The notes beneath the pieces are model-generated. The model was given only the letters and a program-made list of their open reading frames with translations, was not told where the DNA came from and did not search any database. A stretch of 63,860 nucleotides of DNA, the filler included, from Phoronis australis (Eukaryota; Animalia; Phoronida): NCBI GenBank assembly GCA_002633005.1. It is 9 parts of 9 records of this genome, joined end to end, with 100 filler letters (N's around TTAATTAATTAA, not from the genome) between each part and the next. Parts side by side here need not be neighbours in the genome. Positions count along the whole stretch, not along the records: positions 29,778 to 37,299 come from NMRA01000636.1; positions 37,400 to 40,369 come from NMRA01003301.1; positions 40,470 to 58,066 come from NMRA01000017.1; 6 more parts are not named here. One strand, 5' to 3'. The position numbers and the translations under genes are program-made. Positions 36,270 to 50,728 of this stretch are shown here, one piece after another. The first letter of the stretch is position 1; the number at the start of each line of letters is the position of its first letter.

Positions 36270-36818
36270 TTAATTGTGATTTGCCCGTATATTTTAGAGG
36301 GGTTTAAGATGGTCAATTCCTTATTTGGCACTTCCGATGGCGAAATTTTCACTTTGTATTTTGATTGGTTTTTACGTTTAACTTGAGTCCCCTAATTTAG
36401 CGCAACTTGGAACATTCGCAGTGCGAATACGCCTTTAAAAATGGGCATCTCACGCTCAAACATCGGATTCTACCGGGTTTCGTTTCTATCTGGTAAAAAT
36501 CTCAACTTTTTAACTCTATTGGGTATCGCTACTATCGGGTTAGAGTCTCAACTTCTCGACTTTTAGCGTTTACTTTAATTTACAAACTTTTCATTACTCA
36601 ACTTGGGGAACTGACTTAGGAGATTTGGGAACCGTTCCAAACCTAGTGAGGGTACAATGACGACGGAAGGTAATGATGTGTTGTAAGTTTGTATACCTTT
36701 GTATTTTACATTTAGCGTATAATAAACTCAGTATGTTTATCAACATCTCTCTTGTTTCTCTCTCTATAAGTTGTCACCATGGTTCTCTCGTATGCGATTC
36801 GAACGCCTGTGAAAAAGT

Positions 36819-37299
36819 CCACTAGGGCCTCTACTGGCCTCCGCTAGCCTCCACCGGCCTCCAGTGGCCTCCACTTTTTCCGCTGGCCTCCACTCGCCTC
36901 CCCTCGACTCCACTGGGTTCCTGTAGCCTCCACTGGACACCACTGGCGTTCACTGGCCTCCACTAGGCTGCACTGGCCTCCACTTGCCCCCACTGGTCTC
37001 CAATGACCCCAACTGGTCTCCAATGGCCTCCACTGGCCTGGTCTCTAAGGCCCTCCACTGGGTCCAATGTCCTCGACTGACCTTTAACGGCCTCAACTCG
37101 ACTCTAATGGCCTCCAATGGACTCCAGTGATTTCCAGTGGGCTTCAGTGGCCCATACAGGCCTCCAGTGGCCTCCAGTGGCCTCCACTGACCTACACTGG
37201 CCTCCACTGGAGTCCACTGGCATCTACTGGCATCCACTGGTCAACAGTGGCCTTCCAATTTCCTGCACGGGCCTACACTGGCCTCCAGGGACCTCCAGC
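36819..37299. repeat. Diverged 10-bp minisatellite (CTGGCCTCCA)n, same family and orientation as 29778-30505
   Basis: Periodic array running to the contig end. Confidence 0.9.
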
Positions 37300-38439
37300 N
37301 NNNNNNNNNNNNNNNNNNNNNNNNNNNNNNNNNNNNNNNNNNNTTAATTAATTAANNNNNNNNNNNNNNNNNNNNNNNNNNNNNNNNNNNNNNNNNNNNA
37401 AATATCAACAAAATTATGATGCAGAAACTGATGAGGTGCTATAAAATCCGATAAACAATATTTGTTTTGTTGAAATGAGGAATGATTCACTTATTTATCA
37501 AACTATTTGTGCTTTATATTGGACACATCGGACTGATAATCTGTGCTTTGTTGCTCAAGAAGCCATCCCAGCCACTCCTTATTGTTAATTCTCTAGCTAG
37601 TTTCGCAATCCCCGGGTAAAAAAGACAGCTCCACCTGCCGGCAATATTGTGAGTCCCATTGACTTTATCCTGGATCATAATTACTTCCCATTCAGCAACC
37701 GTCACTATTTACGAAGCTGGGGTATTCAGTTGCCGTGCTAACACCTGGGTAGAGTTCAGTAACGCCAGGACCTCGTTATAAAGCAAGACTACGCGAGATT
37801 ACGTGATATATATTAAATGAGAACACGTGATTTTGGCTAGATTTTAGCGAGGTCCTGGCGTAGGTCCTAGCTACTGAACTCAACGCTGTTCATGGATTAT
37901 CAAGAAGCCTTTTTTCCAAAGTTGCCTTCTCCAACCACTTTTTATCTCCAAAGAATCGAGGGCATTTTCCTAACTTGGGGTCATTTCGACGTTTCTCCGC
38001 ATTAATTAAATATCCAGCAACTTTTCTCAGAACATTAAAATCATGAGTCTATAAANTATCCTGGATCATAATTACTTCCCATTCAACAACCGTCACTATT
38101 TACGAAGCTGGGGTATTCAGTTGCCGTGCTAACACCTGGGTAGAGTTCAGTAACGCCAGGACCTCGTTATAAAGCAAGACTTCGCGAGATTACGTGATAT
38201 ATATTAAATGAGAACACGTGATTTTGGCTAGATTTTAGCGAGGTCCTGGCGTAGGTCCTAGCTACTGAACTCAACGCTGTTCATGGATTATCAAGAAGCC
38301 TTTTTTCCAAAGTTGCCTTCTCCAACCACTTATTATCTCCAAAGAATCGAGGGCATTTTCCTAACTTGAGGTCATTTCGACGTTTCTCCGCATTAATTAA
38401 ATATCCAGCAACTTTTCTCAGAACATTAAAATCATGAGT

Positions 38440-39240
38440 CTATAAAATTTTTTTGAGCACTATCTCGTTCACCTTGTCGTATCTTGTTAAGAACAGCACA
38501 CGTAGATAAGAATATAAATTACATTCGAGAAGAAAGTGTAATTCTGTTTCCGCTTTCCCACTGTCACAACAGGGACAAATTCTCTTCTCTCTATCAAGTC
38601 CACTAAACCTTCTCTGAACAATCATCAAAGAATGCGCCGAGCATCTGAATCTTGCGAGGGCTACTCTGTGAAAACTATTTTCTAGACATATTATGTGTTT
38701 TTCTACTACAAAATTACATTTAACTGTTTTATAGACATCTAACTATTGAGAAAACATATTATCTCTCCAATCCTGTATGTCAATATCAAAGCATCATTGT
38801 TGAAATTTACTGATAAACGAGACAACATCGCCTACACCCTGTTGTATCCTAACAACTCCAAAACCATAAGGAAATAACAATCGTTAACCATTTAGAGCCA
38901 CTTATGTTGCTCAGCCGTTTCGTATTGCACATTATAGCACACACTAACATAACGATGGCTTGGCAATTTGATAATCTTTAACCAGTATTTAACAATTCTC
39001 AATAACAGATTACCTTCATTGTCACTCTACCAAGCTCTCCTCTCACTGCAGCGTTTGAGACATGCTGTCCAAGTCCCAACAAAAATTTACAAAATCTATT
39101 TTGCACGATTTCAATGTCTTGTGCTGGATGAAATCCCCAAACCTCAGGAGCATACAACAAGATCGGTAATAATATTGTGTCAAACATTTTAAACCACATT
39201 TGCACAGGAATGTATTTGTACTTATTAAACATTTGCTTTT
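38440..39240 (-). pseudogene. 5'-truncated non-LTR retrotransposon ORF2 C-terminus, RTEX-like, with stops and frameshifts
   Basis: FDTILLPILLYAPEVWG..IEIVQNRFCKFLLG..SNAAVRGELGR..RIVKYWLKI and LARFRCSAHSL..RICPCC..ETELHFLLECNLY (post-RT region and CCHC knuckle). Confidence 0.85.
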
Positions 39241-40717
39241 TAGTACAAAAATAAATGTTATCTGTGGAGCCGATCAGCCTTTTCTGAGATATGATGTTCC
39301 GAAGTAAGCCAACAATTATTCTATGGCCTTACATAACCTTAACAAGTCTTGTAGGCGATGACTGCCAGCTTCAATTTGTAGATTTTTGAATCAGCCAGAG
39401 AATCTTAAGTACAAGTAAGCCTGAAATAATTATAATACGAACACTGCAGGTGGTGGTCAAGTTTTAAAACATCCATGGCCCACCATAGGTTGTACGTAGC
39501 GTATCGAGACCCTGGCGCCGTCCACGTTTCCGTCAAAGCTAGTGGTTTTTGAATGACGTCGCGACCGCACTAGCGGACATGTGTGGCTTTCCCGCCTTAC
39601 AAAATGTTAAACTGAACAGCTACATTCGTTACTTTTAAAACTGTTTCTTTTACTAGAGAAAACTTGTCACCTAACGCACACGCACGTACATTTAGGATGT
39701 GATCCGCCACGTGAACAGTCTGAGTGAAGTATTTTAATAATTTGCCGAAAAGAATGAAAGAAACTTAAAATTTCAAAGCGTATTTTTAAATATAACACGT
39801 ACCTCGATTGGCGTAGATAAAGTAATAGCGGAATAATTTCTTGTGGGATATTACTTCATCTACGCCACGCTCGGTACGTTTTGTGTATATATGTGCTCTC
39901 TTCCAAAATGTAGTTATCATTTATTTTGAAAACTTCAGCGCCAATGTCATCATCGACAAACAAAACCCAGTAACTACGAACACCCCTTATGTGAACCAGA
40001 TACGTGGCTGTGGCCAGCCAGGGGAATACATGCATCTCACTCCAGATTACATCTTAAAGGATGCCGTAGCAACATACCATGGCCATTACTCTGCACCATA
40101 CGGTCAGTATTTTACCGATATTTTATTAAAATTATGAATATCAATTCTTCGTCTTTGTCATACGTTTGTTGCTGCAGGTGTTTGTGGGTAGTCTGTTGCT
40201 GTTCTGTGGTTAACTCATCTTTTTACAAATAACCGAGTCACACCTGAATCTAGTAGTAGTTGTCCGTCAATCCCGGAGGGTGTGCTGAACTGAAATCACA
40301 CAGTGTAAAATGTGGATGTGTTGACATCTGATTTTTAGCATCGGGTCGTTCCTACCGTCTGATCTCACGNNNNNNNNNNNNNNNNNNNNNNNNNNNNNNN
40401 NNNNNNNNNNNNNTTAATTAATTAANNNNNNNNNNNNNNNNNNNNNNNNNNNNNNNNNNNNNNNNNNNNGTGTAGACGCCAGCGCGGTTCCTAAAGTTTG
40501 CGAACATGAGAAGAAAAGAAAGTGACAAAGTGTTCAAGTATTACATTTTGAAGTTAATCGATGACCCGTTACAATAATTTGTTACTGGTATCATAATTCA
40601 CATTGCTAAACCGCGGTCTCTGAGGCCGTCGTTGCACTCAATGTTATCATCGATCTTAATCTAAAAGGTCGGGGATTCGCGTTTCCTATTAGCACAGGGC
40701 GGTAATCACCAATCGGC

Positions 40718-40881
40718 AAAAGTAGGGGATGGGCGGTTAACCGAGCAGTGGGCGGTTAATTGGAAATCTTCAAAAATAGCAGGGGGGCGGTTAACCGAGC
40801 AGTGGGCGGTTAAATCGAAATTCACCTAAAGTAGGGGGTGGGCGGTTAACTGAGCATGGGCGTTAACCCGAACGATTACGG
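40718..40881. mobile_element. Right end of a pogo/Tigger-like MITE with ~56-bp subterminal repeats (GGGCGGTTAACCGAGCAGTGGGCGGTTAA) x3
   Basis: Ends CCCGAACGATTACGG followed by TA; repeated GGGCGGTTAA motifs. Confidence 0.5.
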
Positions 40882-41238
40882 TAGTAGCATTTCACATACA
40901 ACTTGGAAAAATCTTCACATAAAATATTCGAGTCCTTAAATTTTCCAATTTTGTGTGCAATTTCACAGAAACATCGGGCGGTATGTTGTGTATAATTCTG
41001 ATGGGGGGCAACAAGCAAGGTATGCTGCCTAGTAAAAAGAGCAGCCAGTTTTGAGAGAGAAATGAATGGTACAAGATGTGTGTTTCTATGCATGTGCGTG
41101 TTGGTCTCAAGTGTGTGTATGTTGGTCTCAGATGCTTACCATTTAACACAGGGTCGTTGCTTTACTGTTGCATAATTTTTGGCATTTGTGAAGCCTGCAA
41201 AGTAGTGAACGGGGATGTACAAAATGTCACCAACTTAC

Positions 41239-41324
41239 CGCTCCTGAAGGATGATCGCGATTTCTTTGCAGAATTCACTCCCCTGTTTGATGTATTTACG
41301 TAGTTCATCGAACCCTTGGAGACC
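41239..41324 (-). CDS. NOSTRIN: NOSTRIN-like F-BAR gene exon (GLQGFDELRKYIKQGSEFCKEIAIILQER)
   Basis: Acceptor CTTCTCTTTCCTTAG, donor CG|GTAAGT, 86 nt. The peptide matches the start of the FCH/F-BAR domain of invertebrate Nostrin (GFxELRxYIKQGxxFCKExxxILQER). Confidence 0.85.
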
Positions 41325-41929
41325 CTAAGGAAAGAGAAGATTGCATTAAAATATTCACTAGCAAGGGTGACATCTAGGGAAGAAGAGGTGTCAGGTGACT
41401 GATTATTTACGCAATTAATAAACAACAGGACCGAGAGATTTTCATCCGATCAAGTCGAAATATGACTACAGTATTTGAAGACCAAGTGCACAAACTAGAA
41501 CTACCCTACCGTAAAACTTCAGTCAATTAAGTGAAAATCTGACTTAAGCAAGTTTCACCAAACTACATGATTTGCAGCAATAAAGCAGGGACAACTGAGA
41601 GGGAAAGAAATTGGTGGCAACTCAAGTTTCAACCCCAGATGAATATTTGCAGTAAATAAACAGAATTGCAAGGTGGAGGTTACTGGTAAATGAACCGCCA
41701 GGGTTATCGTAACCATAAGGACACTGACCTAACAGCTCAGAGTGACAAACACAAAACAGCACAGGTTTGTTTTGAGAATCACTGACATGCATCGGCAATA
41801 TTCATGACTAACTGTTCAAACTTAACCCAGACAGGTATCAGCAACATTCCAGGGACATGTACTAAGTAGAAAATAAATAAGAACACATTATAGTAAGTAC
41901 ATAGCAAATGGTATTAAGTGAGAACTTAC

Positions 41930-42094
41930 AAATGCCTTAAAAAGGTACTCTGTTGGAGGCAGGGGGCCTAACGACGGCAGTGGTGAGCCAAGTGGAGACG
42001 CAAGATCACCATCACATATATCAGACCTCTCACTCAAAGCAAGAGGGGAACAAGGCTGAACGGAACAATCCTCCAAATCCAAGGAAGATGACAT
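41930..42094 (-). CDS. NOSTRIN: Probable first coding exon of the NOSTRIN-like gene (55 aa, Ser/Pro-rich)
   Basis: ATG at 42094, open 165 nt, donor TTT|GTAAGT in phase 0, compatible with the phase-0 F-BAR exon 605 nt downstream. Confidence 0.6.
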
Positions 42095-45000
42095 TTTTAA
42101 AAATCCTTGTACAACCTATGAACGCGCTAATTCAACTAAACCTTGACAGAATTTTCAAGATTCTCATAGACTGAACAGAAAATCTCCAGGAAATGAAACC
42201 GCTGAGTCAACATGAACCCCGGGAAGACACCGCAAGGTAAACACAAATATTTCTGAAAACTAAAAGGCTGCTTATACAACTTAGGTCCTTTCACCTAGAA
42301 GTAGAGCATAAAGAATGATAAAAAAATTTGTGTCCTACTTCCTGGTCATAGCAATGAATTGAGGTAAGGCTCAAAATACAACACATAGTTCTCCACTACA
42401 CGAATGGCATAGATTACGGAACCCACAAGTTCAGACTATTGTGTTTCAATGGTGTGGCAGAACAAGATAAATTAATATTCTTCAGTTGGAATCAGTGAAA
42501 CCATGCTTTTCTTAAAACTGAAACTTGACAAGTAGTTCCAAATTTTAGAATCAGAAAAGGAAACAATGTCTATTTCCAAAACAGCTAAATGTCACAGAAA
42601 TTTAACTATGATTTGAACTACTTACAGTTGCAAAATTAGGTTTCAAAGGATTTGTTAGTTATATGAGAGTTGATTTCAGTGGTTTGAAAAAAAAGACAAT
42701 TGGTCAATACTTGAAACATGGGGCTCCATAAGCTGACCTGTCATGACAAGTCATTTTATGAGCTGTGCTTGGTTTCCAGCAATAACCAACTGTTCACCCC
42801 TAAAGTAAGTTTTCTAAAGCTCAGAAGCCACTTCTTATCCAAAAGTCAAGGCACCCCATCCCTCGATTTTGAAGATGAATATCGACCTCATTCCCCTCTG
42901 AAAAATATTAAAAAATCACGCCCTCATGAGGCCCAAACAATCACCTCAAGCCAGGCCTTTATGCAGCATATGGATGCCTTGGCAAGGACGCCCAATGTAT
43001 CATTTGGACGCCCACTATCATTAGGAACCTTTCAAGTTTGGACACACACATTGTAATGATCACTAGGAAGCGTATAAAGACTCACAGAGGTGGCTCTTTT
43101 TTCAAAGCAGGAAGAAATATATAATAAAGCGTATACAATGTTGTTATGCTCACACTTGGTTGATAGCATTGTAAAAGTCTTGGTCTACACAGTTTTTTTT
43201 AGTAAAAATGCTCACTACAGAAAGCTGTTTTGCAAACATAGATGTAAAAACCTTGGTCTATGCATTTTTTGTAAAAAAAAATCTGCGTGTTTGGGGGGAT
43301 TGCTGGGGGTGGCACTAACACTTTTCCCCTCAGGTGAATGAGGACCTTGAACATTTCATACTAACTTATCTCCGGTATGAGAGGAGTGTCGATGTCAAAT
43401 TTCTCCACAAACATTATAGTCTATTACCATATCAGGGTGGTTTGTAGTGTGTACCTGTCACACAATACAACGCTTAGTAAATTTTTCATTCTTTGCAACA
43501 AGGCCTGATCAGCCTTTGAAAAAAGGAAAATTGTAACAATTTTGGCATTTATGTATGAAACTATTGGAGAACTATGGGAGGTTATTACAGAGTATCGCAA
43601 ACATTTCAAAGTCTGGTCTGCACACCACCTGTTGACCACATCAGAGTACATGGTATATTATTACAGAGTCATACAGAATGAATAAAAACGCACGAATTAT
43701 CCTCTCTGCAACTTTTTGAACAGACAACACAATTTTACATGAAGTCTATTGTCAGTGATAATTTACAAAAAGAGAATGAGCTTCTAATTCAATAATACAT
43801 ACTGAAATTTTTACCCAACTATTACCTGCCAGTAGTTTCCCAACAAACGAACTAGAAACTTCATTTTCAGCCATGCAACAAGTCCTCCAATTCAGCTAAG
43901 AACTCGTACGGTATTGCTTTTAGTGAATAAAATGACAACCAACAAACAGCCAACTCATGCAGTCAGCTTTCCACATTGGTAAAACTACCAGTACAATACA
44001 CCTTGAAAACTTACAGGTTGAAATTTCAGGTCGAAATTCCGATAAAAATGGTATGTAAAATCTATGCTAGTGGCATTGTTTACAAATTATCACTGGTTTC
44101 GCGTTTGAAATTTTGATTTAATTTACAAAATAGCAACTAAATTATCAATATTTGCGATTGTGATGATTTTAATCCACTCAACTTTAATTTATTTCCAGAT
44201 TCAATTTTTAAGTGAATTCAAAGAAAAATTTAGCAGCGATAGATCTGAATCCTGCACAGGGATTCTCAACCTTCCCCTATCTTGCCCGTCACAATCACTT
44301 TTGTCCCAATTTATACTTGACTTTGTAAATTTCTACCCAAACCAATCTCATATTATATTTCATCTTGTCAATACAATGGCGTAGTTGTATTGGACTTCGA
44401 TATTTTCAACGAACTGCATGCAATCCAGAAACATTACACTTAACATTAAATTTAGACATTTGTATGATCCCATTCACGGCCAACTCCTCTCTATCTCTCT
44501 TTCATAACACCATAATGACAAATGAGCATTCAATCAAACAGCGATAATTTGCAATTTATGGTTCATCATCATGCATGGTTTCCGAGAAAAGTTGCCTGCC
44601 TTAATTCAAAAACCTTGTATTATTGCATTGCCCATAATTATACTTAGTTCTGCAAAGTTTCAATAACCCGACACTCAATTCAAATTTTCCTAGTTTTGAA
44701 CCACCGCAATTCCTTGGTCATCAGCTGCATTCAGTTATCGAGTATGTAAATTGGGTTGTTGAGTTGGAATGGGGGGTTTCGCGTCGGAATTATGGACACC
44801 CTGGAATATTGGGAACCCAATTTTGGACACCCTATTTTCGAAATCCTGGATAAAGGCCTGTTCAGTAGTTAAGTCATGTGACCTCCCATGATTAGATCCA
44901 ATATCTACTAACTACATCAAACATTAATAGAATTAACAAAATCCCTGATGAGTCAAAAATGAGTTAAACATGAATTAAAGATGTGCAACAAGAAACCTTA

Positions 45001-48000
45001 AGGCACAATGTACCAAGTTCATATTTCCACATAATTCATGGCTGCACAACCCACGAAGCACATATTCGTCAGCCTTCATGTTAAAAACCTGTATTTTGCA
45101 AGTGGAAACTTGTACGATTTCCAACATTCTCAGAAAGTTTAAATTTTTATCGGAAGATGATGTGATACACCCTAAAGCAACAATTTTCTTTTTCAAATCC
45201 TGTTTAACTAAATAGCAACACTGTGTAAAAACGCAGCTCATCATATCCATGTTTCATGGCTTTTGCTGCTAGCATGGTTTGGTTAATTTCTACACACTAT
45301 ACCAGCAAATCTCAATAGTTATCTGGATTAAGTCTTGATCCAAGCTGATGTTGCAGGCACTCCGGTTCTCAGTCTGAAGTCAGCGTAATTCAAAAGGCGG
45401 TGAATTCCGTTTTTCAATTTTTCAGTTTTGTAAACAAGTTGACATTAAATTTTTTTTCAAATGTACTTCAATGTGATTGTTAATATTTTCCTCAAATGCT
45501 TTCTTTTTCAAATTACGACTTTTGAGGATCATAGTTCAGCAGTCACTAATGTGAATTGCCTCTACAAGCAGCCTGTTTACGGTTATGGAGGACCGTAGAA
45601 AAATGCTCAAATCAGCTTAACTTCTGAACATCATTTCTAAGAAATTGCTGATCAAAATAATACGAAACTACAAGGCACTATGCTCCATACAGTGTTCTCC
45701 AAAATTTTTTAAAATTTTCCAGTTCTACAATGTTCAGGGTCTATCAAAAACTATGACTTACATGATTTCCGTGAACAAATCAAAGCTTACAAGGCTTAGT
45801 CTAAAGATTCCCAAGGTTTCTTAAATTTGACATTTTTTAGTTTTCATTGTAATGTATTTGTTTTTTTCTTTGACTGAAAGGGTAATTGATCAATAACTTT
45901 TAAATTATTTTTCGCAAAGTTTCTTAAGCAACGTGAGTTTCCAAGGCACTCTCACTGTGTTACCAGTCTACAAGTTAACCAAAAATGGACAGGTAAGCGC
46001 GGTATCCCCAACGTGCTACACCATCCCGCTGATGTGTTTTTGCCAGTTCATAACCTTTGCAGAGTATCCGTTTTGGTTTAAGTTACCGTTATCGTTCAGT
46101 ATATGCAGCCATATCAAAAAATTGAATCAAAATGAAAGCAAGAAATTAGAGGCTAATGTCCGCCTCTTAGCACGTCTAAGACGTAAAATCACAAGTTGAT
46201 GTGTTCATTCTTTCAAATCAGTCTTTATCCATTTGTTAAATATCCACTGACATTTAGCTAGTTCTACTTTTCAATTCCTGCCATCGTAACCCAATTTCAA
46301 ATCCACCAGACAATATTCACCGGACAAATTCTAAAATCAATATATCCCATGTTCTGTTCACTTTTCTAGCTCCTGTGACCTTTTCCTTCACCACAAAAAG
46401 GAATTTGCCAAGCAAACCATCAAAGTTCAAAGTTTCCAAACCTGAAGACCCTGTTCCTGTCTTTGCTGTCACAGGAGAGCATGCGCATTCCATTCATGAT
46501 CCTTCCGAGCATATTTTGAAATCAAGAGCCAGGATGTAAACAATCTAAGGATATTTGTAAGTAGAGTACATCACAATTTAATAAATAAAGAGGCTGTTCA
46601 AGGAAAGTCAGTTAGACTTTTGTTAGTTTGTACAATGAACTGCAAAAAAATTAACTAGCCAACAATATCTCAACTTTGAGTCTCCATGACAACATATAGG
46701 CACACAACTGCAAGATGCATTTAAAGTTGAGGTTGATAGCCAAGCCACTTGAAATCTTGGCTAGCCTGGTAAAATTATGAGCAACAACAGCCTAGATAAA
46801 TCCTCATGCAAAATTCCCAAGAGGATACGAGATTAAGCAAGACCACACCGCATTTATAAGGATTCCACAAACTCATCTGGACAATGTACCACGGTATAAA
46901 AATTAAGGATTTTTGGACCAACATTTTAACCTGTTTACTCATCTGATTGCTTCATAATCAATCTAAATGAAATTGGAAATAAAAGAGACTCCACACATTA
47001 AAAGATCACTCCTCGAGAATTAGATTGCCTCATGGCCACTTTTGGTTTCACACAAGGAGACCTCATGAGCAACTAGCGAGTTTCAAATGAAAGCCGGTTA
47101 AGTGCCTGTATTGTGAAACAAACCTATGGACTCAGTGAGAAATATCTTAGATAGTGGGTACACTCATTTGCTGAAAATGTTAAAAGTATCATACGGTAAA
47201 ATCTCACCAATTTTGGACACAGTATTGTCGGCAAGAGAAATTTATTTAATCTTTTTCTCATGAAAGTTATGTGGCACCAAATTAATGCTTTTTAATATTC
47301 AAGTTCCATAACACATCTACCATGAGGTAATGTTAGGAAAAAATGAGTATTAACAACATAAGAAGTATTTGTATTAGAAGTCACCACCGGTAGTCACCAC
47401 CGGTAGTCAGTCTTAAAATGAAAAAAACAAATTTGTCATTTAGTTTTTAAACGGAATCACTTAACAGTTAGGTGGATAAACATCCAACTATTCAAACTGA
47501 AACAAAATGAGCTTCACCCTGATGAAACTGGCATTGCACCAGGAAATTACTGTTAACACTGCCATTGCTTCTGCTAAGAGCTTTGTGATTGGGCTAATTT
47601 CTTCAACATGGCAATATTTATCAGGTACAAGCCCACTCACAATTAAGACATCACAAAATCATAGCTCTTGGTTTGCGAAGGTAGAAAACTGCATTGCATG
47701 ATTACCTTATTGTAACAGTATATTGCAGCTAAAAGAATTTGGAGCCTAGTTGGACAAGTAAAAAATGTTTTATCGCGTCAAACTCTTCAATTTTTTAAAG
47801 TGACCATTAAATCATTGTAAAACAGTAAAACTTCATTCATATCAGAATGGCAAATGGCCAGCTAATATTAATCTCAATTCAAAATAGTGATTAGCAAGGT
47901 GACAGTGTTCAGATAGGGAGGAAGTGTCCCACAGATGTGCAGCAGTCTGGGTAAATATCACAGAATCAAAGAGAGTGTTGTAATATTAAGGAAGTGGAGG

Positions 48001-50440
48001 TTGAATGTCTGAGATCAAGTAGGAAATCAAAGGGGCTAAAAATAGACATGTTCTGGATATATTACTTGATACTTGACAGGAATCCAACAGTTGTTAGACA
48101 GCATTTTGCATTTCTTCACAAGAATTTAACGCTGTGGGATAATTTGACTTAATTACTTTTGCAAACACCTTTAGTGATCTAGCTATTTTGAATTTAGAGT
48201 TACGTGACACTTTATGTCCAAGATTTACTGACTTAAGTGTTCAAAACAGGGTTCTGCAACTTGAGTGGGAAAGCACCATTAGTGAGAACACTCAACTCTT
48301 GGTACAGTGATCCGCACCCCACAGTATGGCAGTTTTTTTGCAAGCAAGTGGCTCCATCAATTTAACTTGCATGTCTTTTTTGAGGCAGGTGGATACACAA
48401 AAAAATTAATTTTGACTGTTAGTTCTTGATGCACAGTATAGTGAAGAAAAATAAAATCATTCTGAAAATCCAAAGATGTTTTTTAATTATCAGTAAGTCA
48501 TATGGCTTTATTGCTCACCAGCTCAGTGACTGACAAGCGGGGTGGAGCTTACACAAGGACACTGGCTCTAATTTAATCCTGTCAACAAACATTGCCTAAC
48601 TGGGCAATTGACAGTGCTGTACCCAGAGTGCTGTACCAGCAGCTGATAGATGTTGTAGTGAGACCAAGCATAAAATAATTCTATTTTTGACCATGTGAAA
48701 ATTGGTGGTGAAATGGTGAACTCCCGTTCCAAGCCTGAGCCTGTTTGTCCATGTGCAAAAAAAAATAAGTTGAGTACGCCAAGTCCTACCGAAGTCATCG
48801 CCCCACTCAGCTTGAGGAGTCAGTGCAGAAATTGTGCATGCGCAAGAGAAGTCGGAAAGGTGAGGCATCTTGCGGAAGGACACTGAGCGTCGACGTGGGT
48901 AGTGTTGCACAATTCGATGAGAGTGCACGCACGCACTGTGAAGACACGCCACGCGAGAGACATGAACAACTACATGCCTCCAGAGAAGAGTTTTTCGAGA
49001 TAAACCATGCTACTGTGCTAGGAACGTGCCGTTGGTCGCGGGAGAAACTAGGCTATCAAACTTGGCGGATTTTTTAACTTGCCGCCGGCCGTAAGCCAAA
49101 CAATTAGAGAAACTCATGATATTATTATACCATTTTAGTGGAAAGGAGAATCTCACCCAAGCGACGCTATTTGTGCAGAAAGTGCAAAGTCCCTTCGGCC
49201 AAAATGTTGGCAGTACAAGCACATGAAAATTATGATGATTAGTTCTTTATCCTCGTCACCAATATTGTTATGTAGACAGTAATGCAGTGATTTGATATAA
49301 CACAAATATTGGTCGACCAAGAGACGGTAACTACAATTAATATTGGAATACTAACAAATAGGTCTATATAATATCCTTAGAAAGTCCAATTACCGCACTG
49401 AGTGGAGAGTTCAGATGAGTCACATAAACAATCAACACATGGTTTTTATGTGTGGTGGGCACACCAGCACAGCATCTCAATAGATCAACACTAAGCTCTG
49501 CCCTCGTGACAGCAACATTTGTTTTGATCGTCTGTTGTGCTACACAAGTTGGCAAAAATTATTAAAATTACATTGTAAACAAACAGGTATGTCATATTTT
49601 CTAAACATGAAGTAAATATGAGCTTTCTTTCTAGTACATCAACAGAAATTGGAACATAATGACCGCGCATTCTGAATGAAATTTGACCTCAAGTGGCAAC
49701 TGATGCCCGCTTAACTACAAAGCCGTTTTTCTCGGCTCATGATTTCAGGGTAGTGACAAGATTCTTGGGCCTATTGTTCCTCAACACGTGGGTCAATTTT
49801 TAAGAAATTTGCAAATTTGAAATCCACTATAACAGAAGAAAAATCGTGTGCCAGGGTTTTTTGATACATGGTCCAGATTTTTACTTATTAGATGGAAAGT
49901 GACCAAATGACAGAAAGTGGAGTGCTTGCCACAACTCGCACGCAAAAATGCCACAAATTCAAGATCATAATGATTTTATACATATATTTGGTATGGATAA
50001 GTAGAATATTGCATAAGGAAACGGTTGATAATAATCCTTATGCATTTTGAAAAAAAAAATCGAGGCAAAATTGAATTTTTTGAAAATTAACAATACGATA
50101 TTTAAAAAAACGAACTACAATAAAAACCTTTTCCTTCAATTTTTGTCACTTTCAGAGTCATGTTAAAACCCCCTTTATACTTATTTTAGATAAGAACCTG
50201 AAGATTTGACCAGTATATACACCCCCCTTCAAAAATTGTGCTATGTATTTTCTTTAGTCTCCGAATGATAACATGAAGCACAAGCTAGGTTATGCTGAAG
50301 TCTCAGACTTCAAATTCAAATAAACCAAGTTTCCGGTTGAGCATCTTCTCGTCAAAGGAATCAAGAACACTGTCCATGATATTACCATATACAATTTAAC
50401 TCAGAACTGCTAACTCACAGTATTAAGCAATCAAAACAAA

Positions 50441-50550
50441 GGGTGTTACCTCAAAACATAAACCAAAATGGTGTTACCCCAAAACATGAACCAAGGGGTG
50501 CCACTCCAAAACACAAACTAATGGGTGCTACCCCAAAGCATGAACCGAAA
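50441..50550. repeat. ~27-bp tandem repeat (GGTGTTACCCCAAAACATGAACCAA) x4
   Basis: Direct inspection. Confidence 0.7.
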
Positions 50551-50728
50551 CAATGGTTTTCAAAGGTCAGGTGCTGCACCAGGCCTTCAAGCAAAATTAC
50601 GCAGTTTTGCTTAAATATTTGATTAGGCATAAAAAAGAAGCAAAGGAAAGGAAAGCACCTACTTCCGATACTCATTTACCATAACCACCATATACTTTCC
50701 GAAACCAGCAATGCCTTGTAAGTGGTAA

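Noticed and set aside
37666-38446. 390-bp near-exact tandem duplication
   Set aside because: The units are joined by a single N at 38056, typical of an unmerged contig overlap; the same pattern occurs at 34921
44944-44972. CTGATGAGTC hammerhead-like core; a similar one at 47519-47555
   Set aside because: The GAAA box or stems I/III are not properly formed; at best decayed remnants
44975-45275. Minus-strand GYDELRFY peptide echoing the Nostrin GFDELRKY, and a 91-aa ORF
   Set aside because: The frame closes after a few codons and there is no splice acceptor; probably chance
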